A stretch of DNA of 64,000 nucleotides. It comes from Eledone cirrhosa (lineage: Eukaryota). A program made the translations under genes and the position numbers. Location: assembly GCA_964016885.1 (NCBI GenBank), contig OZ024742.1, positions 118,730,001 to 118,794,000 of the forward strand, read 5' to 3'. The number at the start of each line of letters is the position of its first letter. The first letter of the stretch is position 1. Of the stretch, positions 26,797-41,196 are shown in pieces. The notes below the pieces were generated by a model. The model was not told the DNA's origin and did not search any database. It saw only the letters and a list, made by a program, of their open reading frames with translations.

Positions 26797-27106
26797 ATCA
26801 TCATTTCATTTCATTTTACGTCCGCTTTTTCTCTGCTTGCAAGGGTTGGACGGGAACTGATGCTGGCTTGATTTCTACAGCTGGATACCCTTCCTAACAC
26901 CAACCTCAGTTACAGTGAGTACTGGGTGCTTTTTTGCCGTGGCACTTCCACGACCACTTTGCAGTGGTATGATATGGACCCCAGTCCCTATCATCTCATT
27001 TCTACAGCTGAGTAAACTGGAGCAATGTGAAATAAAGTGTCTTGCTCAAGGAAACAACACATCACCCGGTCTGAGAATTGAACTCACAACCTTTCGATTG
27101 CAAGGC
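26797..27106 (-). mobile_element. SINE copy, same subfamily as 5501-5845, 5'-truncated
   Basis: Direct near-identity to 5510-5817. Confidence 0.85.
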
Positions 27107-27263
27107 ATGTATATACTTTACTATAAACAACTATAAACAGGGAAGGTCAGTAATTTATTACTACCTTATTACCAGTAAGAGAAATAGCTTTGCCTATATG
27201 GCAGTAGGATCTTGTTTGAATTCTTCAGTTGAATAGGAGGTTAATTATATGTACAAACATTGA

Positions 27264-27317
27264 TAATGCTCCGAGGACTCCAAGCTTAAGTTTGGAAGAA
27301 ACAATTGTCAGCGATTA
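27264..27317 (+). ncRNA. Degenerate type I hammerhead ribozyme
   Basis: GCT-CCGAGGA-cTCCAAGC ttaa GTTTGGAa-GAA-ACAATTGT-C-AGC; U4C core change and a mismatched base of stem II. Confidence 0.55.
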
Positions 27318-27347
27318 AATGATTTAAACATAACTTTGATACTTATG

Positions 27348-27404
<57 letters not shown>

Positions 27405-27489
27405 GAATATTATGATATAATGGTTACAGAACGAAAACACAAACACATAATATATACAAAGTAGGTAATACATACATCTGGGACCACAT

Positions 27490-27667
27490 ACAACAAAAGG
27501 GGTGGGCAAACGAATCGCTACCAGAGCAAAAGATAACAGTATCGCGAGGAGCAGTGGCAAACCTCTCTTTAGGCAAGCCAGCATGCTCGCAGCGTTATCT
27601 CGGGTGATGGCGAGGCTGATGCGCTGGAACAACCAAGCGCCCTCACGAGCATCACCAGTTACCTCGA
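27490..27667 (-). mobile_element. CRE-type retrotransposon extreme 3' fragment
   Basis: TGDAREGAWLFQRISLAITRDNAASMLACL matches the FQRISIAIQRGNAASIL terminal motif. Confidence 0.7.
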
Positions 27668-28699
27668 TATATAATATATCATACATATCATCATCATCAT
27701 TTAACGTCTATCTTCCACGCTAGCTTAAGGCAAGTTGGATCGGGTGACCGTCTCGCGCTCGTACAGGACTGTTTCTGGCTGGTTTTCTACGGATGGATGC
27801 CCTTCCTAACGCCAACCACATGTACAGTGTAGGCTGGATATTTTGTAGTACCAACATAACTTTACTGAGTAAGGGCGGTGTGGCCGGAAGTGGGAGGGAG
27901 CTGTAAGGGGTATATATATAATATATATATACTCGCAGAAGTACTTGGTGATGCCCTGGTATTTTATGTAAGTTATAATATATTTTGGCCCATATTTCAA
28001 AATATATGACCAATGAAATATGATTACAGTATTTTAACTTAAAGTAGGAATTATAGCAGAATATTTATTGTCACTTGTTCAAAGCAAATCATCTAGATAA
28101 AAATATTAGTTTTGTCCAGTGGTCTTTTTTTTAATACTGCTTGTTATTACAGCCAGCATATATATATACTGCTTCACACCTAGATAAATCATTAGGTATG
28201 TTGTCAGTGAAAAGGGTATGACCAAAAATATATTTGGACTTTTTTATTTATCTTTTTTTTTTTTTTTTGCACAATCAGAACCTCTGAAATTCAAACAACA
28301 TGTGAAGGCTATTTTGAAAACAATAAATAAAATGAAAAATAAAAAAAAATAAATAAATTTAGCATTTACTTACTCATTTCTGTAATTCAGGAAAATTTAT
28401 TAAAATGTTTACACTTTAGCTCTCATTAACCTTGCCTATATGGCAGTAGGATCTTGTTTGCATGAGATTAGTTTTCTATTTCTTTTCAGTATACTAACAG
28501 TTATAGTGACTCCCATGACACACAGATGTATGTGTGTTTGTGTGTATGACTGTTGGCAGTGATTTGAAATAGATTTTATTAATATTTCTAGTAGATCGAG
28601 GTATCACATAGAAACTTTCCTTTTTTATTCATACATAAATTTGGCTGCTATTTCTAACAGGTCTAGCTAGTTATCATAAAAAGATCTCACTTATACAAC

Positions 28700-30950
28700 T
28701 TTATATAGCAGAGGTACCCAGGAATGTCTCCATATTCTTCCAAAGTAACACTATGCAGTAAAGTTGTGACTTCAGAATTCCTTACAAACTATATGACTAA
28801 TGAACTAGGATCTATTGTCATTGAATCAGGAATTACGATATTGCTCATTCCAAAGCCTCTGGATAAACAACATTCTTGTTTTTGCCCTGTGGTGCTACAA
28901 TGAAGAGACAATCAGGCTTTCCAGCCTTTGTAGTACCAACATCGAGCTGATCATGCGAAAAGACAGGATCTGCCAGGTTCAATCCAATGACTTTCAACAA
29001 TTGCCCGAGATTTATTGATGGTCATGGTAAAACTGAGTCTGATAGGAAATTGAAGCCTTTGAAATTCAAATAGCAGAGGTATTCTGGGAATGAAACAATT
29101 ATATAGGACATTGGGCATTATATGTTTGATGATGAGTCTTGTGGCATTGCAAAGTTTTGGAGGATCCAGATTATGAAGTAGCATAACCGATGCTCCAAGA
29201 TTCAATATCAGGTTGTGTAGAAGAGTTCCTGCTACTTCAAGAATGTTTATAAATATTCAGTTGGATAGTTTACAACCTGATCTTGGGAAGTGATTGTGTC
29301 AACTGATTTGTAGCATCTTTTCCCTCCCAGTAACATGTCCAGCAGCCTTCTGTTGATTTCTTTCACATCAACATTTTTTGGGTCTAAGATTGCTTGTTCC
29401 CAGAGACATTTGGGAATATTGTCTGCTCTGAATATTTGGAAACACTCTGGCAATCAGTTCTTGTTCTCTTTCAATGATATGGCCAAATTACAACTGATTT
29501 TGGCTGTTGGAGTCCTTTTCAAGTAGCCCATTTTCCCAATTTAAGTAATTGGATGGCAAACTCACTGACACCTTCGTCACCAGTCAAGTGCACTCGCATA
29601 TTGGTTGTAAAGCTCAGCCACCGAAAGCAGAGCTAGAGATAAAATGTTTTCAGATAGGCATTGACCTGATCAGCTCAGGTCCCTTGGGGAAATTCAGCAG
29701 ATTTTGTCTGAAATCACCACAAGAACCATTGTTACTCATCCCATTCTGCAAGTATTTTCTCTCTGATCTCTTATTGTCCAGGTGAAAAGTTCAATTGCTT
29801 GGTAATGGCTCATGGTAGCTCCATCCCAAATTATCATCTTGCATGTTCACAGAAGCTTGTCCTTGGATGAGTTCTTTTTGATGTTGCAAAAAGATTGTTC
29901 AGGTCATAAGGGCAGCTTAAACATGGAGTGTGCAGTTCTTCCTCTATTCAGAAGTGTTGCTGCAATTCCACTTGAAACCACAACAAGAGCAATATGTTGC
30001 ATTTGGCGAAATTTTGCAAGCAGGTAATTTATGAGGAATATCTTACCTGTGCTAGCAGGAACATCGATGAAGAAAAGTCCTCCGATGTCATTTTGAATGT
30101 TTTCCATGATATTGTGGTAGGCGTATTTTTGGTCATCCACCAATTGAGGTTCATTTTTATCCACAAACTTACGCAAGGCTTGAATATGGTAGTTTGTCTC
30201 CTGAAAAATGTCTTGTACTATCTCCATTTCTTCATCTTGCAGTTAGCTAATGTGTTACTCATTACCTGAACTCAATGGGACAAGTGACTCGAGTGACTGC
30301 TGCTTTTTCTAGGGTTTTCTTCCAATGTCCATTGTCATGCAGGAGTCCATGATATTTACATGCTTCTTGGTATGTTGTGCACATTCTTCTTCCAAAGCAC
30401 CTGAGATCCTCAAATGATGTTGGACCTCGAACAATATGCAGAAGTAGCTGTAAATGAAACCACTCTCTGTTGTTGGGGTAGTCATTGTAAACACGCCCAA
30501 TAGCATCACTTACCTTGACTTCATGACCCTGCTTCCTTCAATTTCAGGTCTTTCAATTGGTCCAGTTGTAGTATGTTGAGATGTCAACATATAGGAGGGA
30601 TCAAACAAATTCATCATTCTGGCAGAGTTTTAAAAATGCAGTTAGAGTAGTCGCAGGTGGTGCTTGTGCCAACTCATGAGTAGTAATATCAGTGAAGTAC
30701 ACTCTCCGTCCATTTTCTAGATGGTTGAGGTTGACCACTATTGGGTGGCGTTGGTGGATATCAAATCCAAAGATCTGCCAGATAGATTTATTGCGGGAGA
30801 TGTATCAAACTGTCTGATACTGTTTGACAATCTTCATTTAGTTATTTGTCAGTAATAAAGGTAGCCATGTCACTGCCCTTGTTGATATATTTTGACATAT
30901 AGTATTGCTTTGAAAGATCTGTAATATTCAAAATTGATATGAGCTTTGAG
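28700..30950 (-). mobile_element. Decayed autonomous Helitron (end of Rep plus PIF1-like helicase)
   Basis: FFIDVPASTGKIFL, SSGIAATLL..GRTAHSMFKLPL, MLLHNLDPPKLCNATRL, RLQFPIRLSFTMTINKS and HINFEY motifs; many frameshifts. Confidence 0.88.
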
Positions 30951-30956
30951 AAGTTT

Positions 30957-32097
30957 AAATTGAGGGTAGGAATGAAGTTTAGAGAGGAATTCCAGATACA
31001 AATAGGAGTACATCAGGGTTCGGTCCTCAGCCCGCTCTTGTTCAGTATAGTCCTCCAAGCCATAACAGAGGAGTTTAAGACTGGCTGCCCATGGGAACTT
31101 CTCTATGCTGATGATCTGGTTCTTATAGCAAAATCAGTAGAGGAGCTAGAGAATAAATTCTGGCTATGGAAACAGCAGTTGGAATTAAGAGGACTGAGAG
31201 TGAACATAGCTAAGACAAAAGTGTTGATAAGTAGAAAAGAGGACAAAACTCTGATTAGGTCAGGGAAATGGCCATGTTCAATATGTAGAAAAGGAACTGG
31301 CATAAATTTTATAAAATATACACAATGCAGATCTTGGGTACACAAGAGATGTAGCGGGATAGCAGGCACAGGGAAAAATATGTATGCAATAGATGTACAG
31401 GGAAATTTGACAGTAGAAGTCGCAGTGATAGACACATTTTTCAAATGCAGGTAGGTTCTATAGAAGTGGTTGATAGCTTCCGGTACCTAGGTGATCAGAT
31501 TAGCATGGGAGGGGGTGTTCCGAGGCCATAGTATCTAGAATAAGGATGGGTTGAAAGAAGTTTAGGGAGCTGCTTCCTCTGCTGACAAAGAAGGGTTTCT
31601 CCCTGCGTACGAAAGGCCGGTTATATGATGCCTGTGTGAGATACGCGATGCTGCATAGTAGTGAGACATGGGCAGCAACTGCAGAGGATATGCGAGAGCT
31701 GGAGAGAAATGAAGCAAGCATGCTCCGTTGGATATGTAATGTCAATGTATGTGAATGACCAAGCATGGATGAGTTGAGAGAGAAACTGTGTATAAGAGGG
31801 ATAAGTTGTAGTGTGCGGGAGAGAAGAATGCGATGGTATGGACATGTGATGCGCCTGGAGGATGACCGCTGGGTAAAGAAGTGTCAAGAAATGCCAGTAA
31901 AAGGAAGACTCAGTAGAGATAGATCACGATAAACATGGGCGGTGATGGTGTGAGCGGACCTCAGATCGCTGAAGCTCACGGAGGAGATGACGAAGGACCA
32001 TGACAAGCGGAGAAATGCTGTGCTGAATAGGACCCGTCCCACCCTTGCAAGCAGGGAAAAGCAGATGTAAAATGATGATGATGATAATGATGATGAC
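30957..32097 (+). mobile_element. 5'-truncated RTE LINE
   Basis: GVHQGSVLSPLLF, LLYADDL and WPCSIC...WVHKRC; in-frame stops; 3' tail CCCTTGCAAGCAGGGAAAAGCAGATGTAAAATGATGATG. Confidence 0.92.
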
Positions 32098-32630
32098 TAC
32101 CCATCGATAGTCTATGATCAGCTTTAAGTCAAATGACGTTGGAAAAAAATAACGCACAAATTTTTCCTAATATTGCCAAAATAATAATTGTTTCTACTTT
32201 AGGCACAAGGCCAGCAATTACCCAGTGCATTACTGGTACTTTATTTTATCGACCCCGTAAGGATGAAAGGCAAAAATAACTCTTAGAATGGCGCTGTTCA
32301 GTATAATGAAAGGCAATGACTTGAAGGTTATTAACCATGTTCATAGAATGATGTCAGTCACTATTTTTTCAGTGATAAAAATAGTGTCAGGGACCAGGCT
32401 GCCACTGACACTAAAAAAGTTTACATCAATTTAACAGTAAATAAACATTAAAATAATAATACTTGTTTCTAATTTGGGCACAAGGCCAGCAATATTAGGG
32501 GAATTGAGTTTATTATATCGACCAAGTACTTTACTGGTACTTTATTTTATTGACCGCAGAATGATGATTTGAACTCAGAACGTGGGTGGGTGGGGGGGGG
32601 CCTAACGTACAATGCATTTCACCCCTACCC

Positions 32631-32689
<59 letters not shown>

Positions 32690-32696
<7 letters not shown>

Positions 32697-33145
32697 TAAC
32701 AGATTAAAGTTTAAGCAAAGAATCGCTGCTTTCACTCTTAACGGGATCTTCTGAAACTGACAAAGTCAATCTGTAAACGCAGAAGTGAATATTTCAAAAA
32801 ACGTTGCAACCGGAGGAAGACAGGAAGACGATACTTTGGTTCGCGGAGACGTTCCCTGGCAAAGAACGGGAAAAAACGAATATAATACGTCATTATTTGG
32901 AGCATGTACTGGGTAATTGCTGGCCTTGTGCCTAAAGTAGAAACAATTATTTGGAGCGGTGAAAAACAATTACACGCAAAGACAGAACCACGTTTATGGT
33001 ATAAAAGAAGTCGTAGACTAATCTTCTATTAGGTGGTTCATAGAGACGTTCTCTGGCAATGAACGGAAAAAACGAAGATAATACGTCATATGTGGAGCGT
33101 GGAGAACAATTGCACGCAAAGATAAAACCACGTAAATGGTATTAG
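32690..33145. repeat. Unclassified dispersed repeat (second copy 46441-46692)
   Basis: About 240 bp shared with 46441-46692. This copy has an internal partial duplication and an inserted SINE-tail fragment. Confidence 0.75.
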
Positions 33146-33285
33146 AATTGGTGCTCTGAAATAGCGATATATATATGAATGAATATATAGTGTATTTTGC
33201 AATACACTGTATGCTTAATTAAAAGCATTTTGAAGACCATACGCTATTATTTTAAAGTAGTGACAATATCACTTACTTAAATTTT

Positions 33286-33369
33286 CAGCAAACAGGGGAG
33301 ATAAGCTGACAGAGCTCTGTTTCGTACTTGTTGGTACTTATCAAAGCTCACAACTCTTCCTGTTTGCTG
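33286..33369 (-). ncRNA. Type I hammerhead ribozyme, U3-A8 core variant
   Basis: Minus strand AGCT-TTGATAA-GTAC caacaa GTAC-GAA-ACAGAGCTCTGT-C-AGCT with extended stem I; predicted cut between 33308 and 33307. Confidence 0.8.
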
Positions 33370-33473
33370 AAAATTATGTGTGTTGGATTCTTATAGAATT
33401 CCAGTAATAATCAGGAACTGATTATATAGAGTGGTCGCCGGTCCATCAGAAACTGAAAATTAGAATTGGTGCC

Positions 33474-33556
33474 CAGCAAACAGGAAGAGTAGGAGCTTTG
33501 ATAAGTACCAACAAGTACGAAACAGGGCTCTGTCAGCTTATCTCTCCTATTTGCTG
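33474..33556 (+). ncRNA. Type I hammerhead ribozyme, U3-A8 core variant
   Basis: AGCT-TTGATAA(33498-33504)-GTAC caacaa GTAC-GAA-ACAG ggct CTGT-C(33534)-AGCT; stem I extended by CAGCAAA.AGGA / TCCT.TTTGCTG. Confidence 0.8.
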
Positions 33557-33648
33557 AAAATTTAAGTAAGTAACATTGTCACTACTTTAAAACAATAGAT
33601 ATATTCTTCAAAATGCTTTTAATTAAGCATACAGTGTATTGCAAAATA

Positions 33649-33718
<70 letters not shown>

Positions 33719-33760
33719 ATTGAACACAAAATATTCCTTTGCTTTTCCTTCGGAATTACC

Positions 33761-33876
<116 letters not shown>

Positions 33877-34092
33877 TATTTTGCAATACACTGTATGCTT
33901 AATATATATATATAGTATAACTGAACAAAAAAGAAAAACGAACACAGACATATGCATGTATGCGTTCAAATCGTAATGGACCAGAAACGCTAAGGTGAAA
34001 AAAATACTAACTACAGACAATAGGGTTTGCTAGACTCAATTTAAGAATAAATCAAGAAAAATAAATACAAACCAGTATTGTGGTAACTACCA

Positions 34093-34177
34093 TTCACCCG
34101 GACGGTTTTTGATGGAACCGTTTCGCAATATTATTTGTGAAGAGGTATATCAAATTCTTGGCTCATCAGCGGGTGAA
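34093..34177 (-). ncRNA. Canonical type I hammerhead ribozyme
   Basis: Minus strand TTCACCCG-CTGATGA-GC...GC-GAA-ACGGTT ccatcaaa AACCGT-C-CGGGTGAA: 8-bp stem I, 6-bp stem III, GUC site. Confidence 0.88.
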
Positions 34178-34248
34178 GAATTAGTATCCTAATCACTTCT
34201 AAATAAAATAAAAAAACTGGACAGTGTGTATATATATATACACATATG

Positions 34249-34823
34249 ACGGCTCCCATCGGTCACTAATGACCGTGGTTTTGCGCCTAGAAAGTTTCCC
34301 TCTGAGGCACATACTCACCACCATAGGCGATGAGCTGGCCAGCCGCAGTTGTGAGCCCCGCGAGTTGGAGTAGCATTTCCAGCGGTCTCCCTTGCCGTCC
34401 TCCGGAGAAAGGCCATCTCCATTCTGACCGCCGGGGTTGTGGGGGGGGGGGGGGGGGGCATCGCGTATCATTCCACATTTAAGTATGGTCATAAATGCTT
34501 CCCTCTCTCTCACCATGCGTGTAACATTTAAAAAAAAAAAGCCTAGGCGTATTTGTGGAAGCCCTGCAGTCGCCCATGCGTACCAGCACCCCCCTCTACA
34601 CGCCACTGATGTTGTCTATGGAAAAGGTACAACGTCACTGATGCCAAACTGTATCGATACAGTTTGGCATCAGTGACGTTGCAACTCATTTCTACAGCTG
34701 TATAAACTGGAGCAACGTGAAATTACGTGTTTTGCTCAAGGACACAACTCATCACCCGGTCTGAGAATCGAACTCACAACCTTTCAATTGCAAGCCCAAC
34801 GCTCTAACCACTAAGCCATGCGC

Positions 34824-34825
<2 letters not shown>
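34249..34825 (-). mobile_element. tRNA-derived SINE interrupted by a GC-rich insert (~34312-34545)
   Basis: Flanks align to the 7576-7952 subfamily; the insert is absent from the other copies. Confidence 0.75.
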
Positions 34826-34903
<78 letters not shown>

Positions 34904-35818
34904 CATCTGCAGAATATATATAGTGGTTATGTAATAAAACACTATAAGCCCTGGTAAACGGTACATAAAATTTTGTTATCAACAACAAAATCATCCAACA
35001 AAAGATAAACAGTCAGAAGATTACTCAAGCTGTCATTATAAATCTAGAATCTTCACCTTTCATCAGACAGACAGGCGAAACTGTACAACAGCACTTTCTC
35101 TGGTTGGTTCCCATTACATACCGACTTAACATTTATTAACTTACGTATTAAATGTCAATTGACAGCTAGAGAAGTTCATGATATTCATTAAAGACACATG
35201 AGATTGTTTAGTTTTTAATTGACATATAGTATGTATATGATCTTTTTTAATTTTTTTAATTATTTGAATAACGCCTACGTGTAAGAAATCATAGTTTCTG
35301 ACAAAGAAACAAATTTTCATTAGTGGATTTTTACTGCCAACACATACATCCAGAAAGAGGCTACACGTTTGATTGGCTCACATTTCTACCACTTCTGCAA
35401 CGACATCTTTGGGGTTGCACAAACTCATGTCATCTTCATTCAGGCACTTCTGCCACACTTGTCCCTCCACCTTTCATCGCCCATTTCGTGTCCACCCTCC
35501 ACTCCAGGCACTGTATTAAACACTACACCCAATCATTCCTTTCCAGAATGTAGTCATTCTGGGTTTTTTTCCTTGCACATATCTTTCATGCATGAATTTA
35601 CAACAATTTTAATTGAGCCTCACAATTTTCAATCTCTTCGGACTCGGGGGGTTACAAAGGTCATAGGCAGAGTCCCTTCCTCCAGTCCTAGCAAACATTT
35701 TCTTTCATGACGCAACTTCCCCTTCTCAATGTCCCAACAAGCAGTCTTATACATCAAAATAAAGGTTACCATAACCTGTCCGGTGACCACTGCAGACTAA
35801 AGGAAATATTCCAAATGT

Positions 35819-35856
<38 letters not shown>

Positions 35857-35945
35857 TGATAAATGGAAGCGAATGAGTAATGTGAAGAGAAGTAAAACAC
35901 AGCCTGAAGGGAGGCAGAGGGGGAGGGACAGAATATTGTTTAACA

Positions 35946-36056
<111 letters not shown>

Positions 36057-36392
36057 GTATCATCATCACCGCTTTACATCCATTGTCTACGCTGTCATGG
36101 ATAAGACGTACTGTGACTAGACAAGTCAGATAACCGCGTTCTACTCATAAGTTCCAGTTTACATGACTGGAAGCTCTTCATATCATCAACCACTTTACGG
36201 TGTGTACTGAGTGCATGTTATCGTGACACTGGCGTTATCACTTTATAAAATGGACTTGATGCATACACATATATATATTTAAAAAATTAGCTGGGATAAA
36301 CTACTAACGTGAAGTGCTTTTGGATCGCTCGAACCGGCCTATCCTCACGAAGTTACTGCGTAACTACCACATATAAGCATCTTATATTCTAC

Positions 36393-36670
<278 letters not shown>

Positions 36671-36786
36671 AAAAATTAAAGAAGATAGAAGAAACTGGGC
36701 AGTGACAGAAATGTAAAAAGATTACATTGAGAAAAAACAGGTCTATTCACATCGCCATCTCTTTGAACACACACACACATACACAT

Positions 36787-36872
<86 letters not shown>

Positions 36873-36881
36873 CCACCCACC

Positions 36882-36922
<41 letters not shown>

Positions 36923-37092
36923 TGTTTTATGGATTTGTGTGACCAAACTAAACATGCACTGAATTAAGAACTCAATACTATATAGATAGTCAATATAATA
37001 TTTGTTACTAATGGTGACGGATTACGTTTAGTTTTGTCGACCTAACCATCTTAGTAACGTCAGCAAAAAGAAACAATCACCATTAGTAACAC

Positions 37093-37275
37093 CAGACCTA
37101 CCAACCTCTAAAAACCCTAATAGGGAGTACCATGAAAAAAGTGCCCCGAAAGAAGAAAAATGGGGATATTTTACATAATGAAAGCTATACCCATTTTCAC
37201 AAGAAAGGACATCTCTCATCCACCCCTAAGTGGGTGGGAGATCTCTCCATCGGACGGGGAGATTTGACAGATCTG
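37093..37275. mobile_element. MITE with CAGAC(C/A)T...AAC termini (sister copy 43064-43265)
   Basis: Imperfect TIRs; flanks TAACAC / TAACAA (5 of 6 match); internal GGGAGTACCATGAAAAAA shared with the sister copy. Confidence 0.65.
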
Positions 37276-37649
37276 TAACAACACACATACGTGTATGTCG
37301 ACAAAACTACTCCAAATAAATGAATTAGTTCGGTAAATGTTGTGGTTATTACCTCAGGCGTACCGGGCTCTTTGGTTAGGGGGTAAAGAAGTTAACCTGC
37401 CTAAAAACTTTACACAGGCAAAAACGCAAATATCAATTGACGATACACAACATAAATCACACACCATGCAACTTAAATATCGTTTTTTGCTTTTCTTTGC
37501 TATAAAAATATCAATTATATTTGGTTTACATATTTGCCAAGTCATGTTGGCATGCTTACACTCAATTTTTCTTACGTATGAAGCCATTAGAGAAGCGCTT
37601 TACAGAATACACTGTAGCCGAATTGGTTGCCAAGATACCAGCCATTTTG

Positions 37650-38525
37650 ATGATGGCTGACATTTTGTTGATCGTTTTTGTAAATAGTTTCAACAACACT
37701 AGCTGCAGTTGCCTTTAAACCTGATGGACGTCATTTCTGCAATGACTTTACTCAGACTAGATACATGATAGCAGCCTTTGGCTATTTTATTATAAGGCAC
37801 TTCCATTGCTGATTGGCCAATCACGGCTTACAATAGACCTGACATTTTTAAAAATCTCTGGAACAATCGTTTCCTTAAATGAGGATCGTGTGCTTTGGAT
37901 AATTTCATTTATAGTTTCACCTAACTTTTCATCGAATTTGCAAACACTTAGAAACAATATTACATATTACTTCATATCTGCAGTTAGTAATAATTTACTT
38001 AGCCACTGAAGCTGTTTTAGCTGTTATAACATCTACAGTCTTTCCTTGGACATATTTGGTGTGGCTGTTTGTGTTTGATAGTAATATCTTGAGTACAACC
38101 AATCCAATTAAAAAGTTAAGATCTCACATGGAATACGATAATGCCCGGCTCTCCGTATATGTTTTGAGGTCCTGATCAACATCTTTACGACATGAGATAA
38201 TTATTTTACTACAGCTTTTACTCCTTCATATTTACAAGACCACCTTGTTACACTTGGGACTATAAGTGTCCATAAGAAACTTGTAGTTTGTTGACTGTAA
38301 TGCTTTCAAAGAGTACCGGTTATTTGAGACTGGTCACTAGAAATTTGTAGAGGTTCTGGATAGTTCTTAAGGTATTGTGGAGTGGTTCTGTGCCTGTCAT
38401 TGTATCTTGGATAGTAAGATTTAGTGGGTACTATTAACAATGGAACATGATAGCAAGTAGGAAAACACTGTTTTATTCTTGGCGGTAAGCCTGCATGAAA
38501 ACTGTTTATATTTGCTGCACTATCA
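37650..38525 (-). mobile_element. Decayed hAT (Tip100/ZMYM-like) transposase fragment
   Basis: Interrupted minus-strand translation AAN...HC...LNL, TRWSC.YEGVKAV, FLIGLVVL and QGKTVDV. Confidence 0.55.
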
Positions 38526-38934
38526 AAATATTTGAGGGGGAAACAGAGAGAGAGAGGGAGGGAGAGAGAGGGGGGGTTATATATTTACATATATAATTGT
38601 ATGCATATAATTTATTATTTTTATTAAATGACAAAGAGGAACATAAAAGTTTGCCTCAGGAAATGAAGTATATAACTGAATATTTATCATGTGTTGATTT
38701 TCCACAAGGACCCACTCACGAGGACATTAATACAGCTGTGTTGTCAGGTGGTCCTTCAAATGTATGTCTGTATTTCTGCATGAATGTATGTATGTGTAAA
38801 TGTGCATATATACATGTGAATGTGTGTGTGTGTATGTATGATGTATGTATGCTTACACACACACACACATACACACACACATCAGGTGGCTCTATGATCG
38901 CTCAATCAGAGAATTGAAGCTTAAAATCCAAAAC

Positions 38935-38990
<56 letters not shown>

Positions 38991-38994
<4 letters not shown>

Positions 38995-39300
38995 CAGACC
39001 TGTATGGGAGCCTCCCAAAAGTCAGCTCAAAAGTGACACAGAGGAGACTGAGGTTAGCTGGACATGCTCACCGACATCCAGAGTTGTCATTGCACTCAGT
39101 GCTCCTGTGGGAGCCCCTACATGGACACACTGGAAGAGGAAGACCAAGGTTAACGTATGTTGATGCCCTAAGGATAGACACTGGTCTGTTGGAGACGCAG
39201 GACATGGCAGCGATAATGAGGGACAGAGACCGCTGGAGAGAACTCGTCCATGGATCTCGGGAATTTTACCCGCCCTAGAGAATATATATATGATGATGAT
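38991..39300 (+). mobile_element. 3' fragment of a second RTE-group LINE family
   Basis: LYGSLPKVS...RRLRLAGHAHRH...LLWEP...GRPRLTY...MRDRDRWR; abuts a (TA)n tract. Confidence 0.8.
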
Positions 39301-39646
39301 GACTGCAACTAGATTTCGTGTAATGCCTTTGCTTGATACTTAGGAACCCGCTCATGGCCAGCAATGCCATACATTGCAAAGAAAATGTCACATATCAAGC
39401 CATGCCTATGCTTGAAGCTTTTTTAAGTGAGGAAATCCTTTGCAAGGAGCCAATCCCACTCTCTGAAATTCGAATGTATTTACCCAGAAAGAACTGGTCT
39501 ACATCATATCATTGGATGCAAACGAATATAAATCAGCATATAGAGATATATGTTCAATCATAGGGGATTTAAAACCACCAGCGCGGCGAACATATTAACT
39601 ACGGAAGGAATGGTCCACTATTTAATTTTATATTAATGTATATATG

Positions 39647-41190
<1,544 letters not shown>

Positions 41191-41196
41191 ATATAT

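Larger units (their letters stand above)
33184..33656. repeat. Long inverted repeat, about 185-bp arms, PLE pseudo-LTR-like
   Basis: 33184-33369 is the reverse complement of 33474-33656, with scattered mismatches. Confidence 0.92.

Noticed and set aside
27189-28460. 29-bp direct repeat (27190-27219 and 28432-28460) as an element boundary
   Set aside because: The enclosed sequence is a mosaic of unrelated fragments; no single element could be defined.
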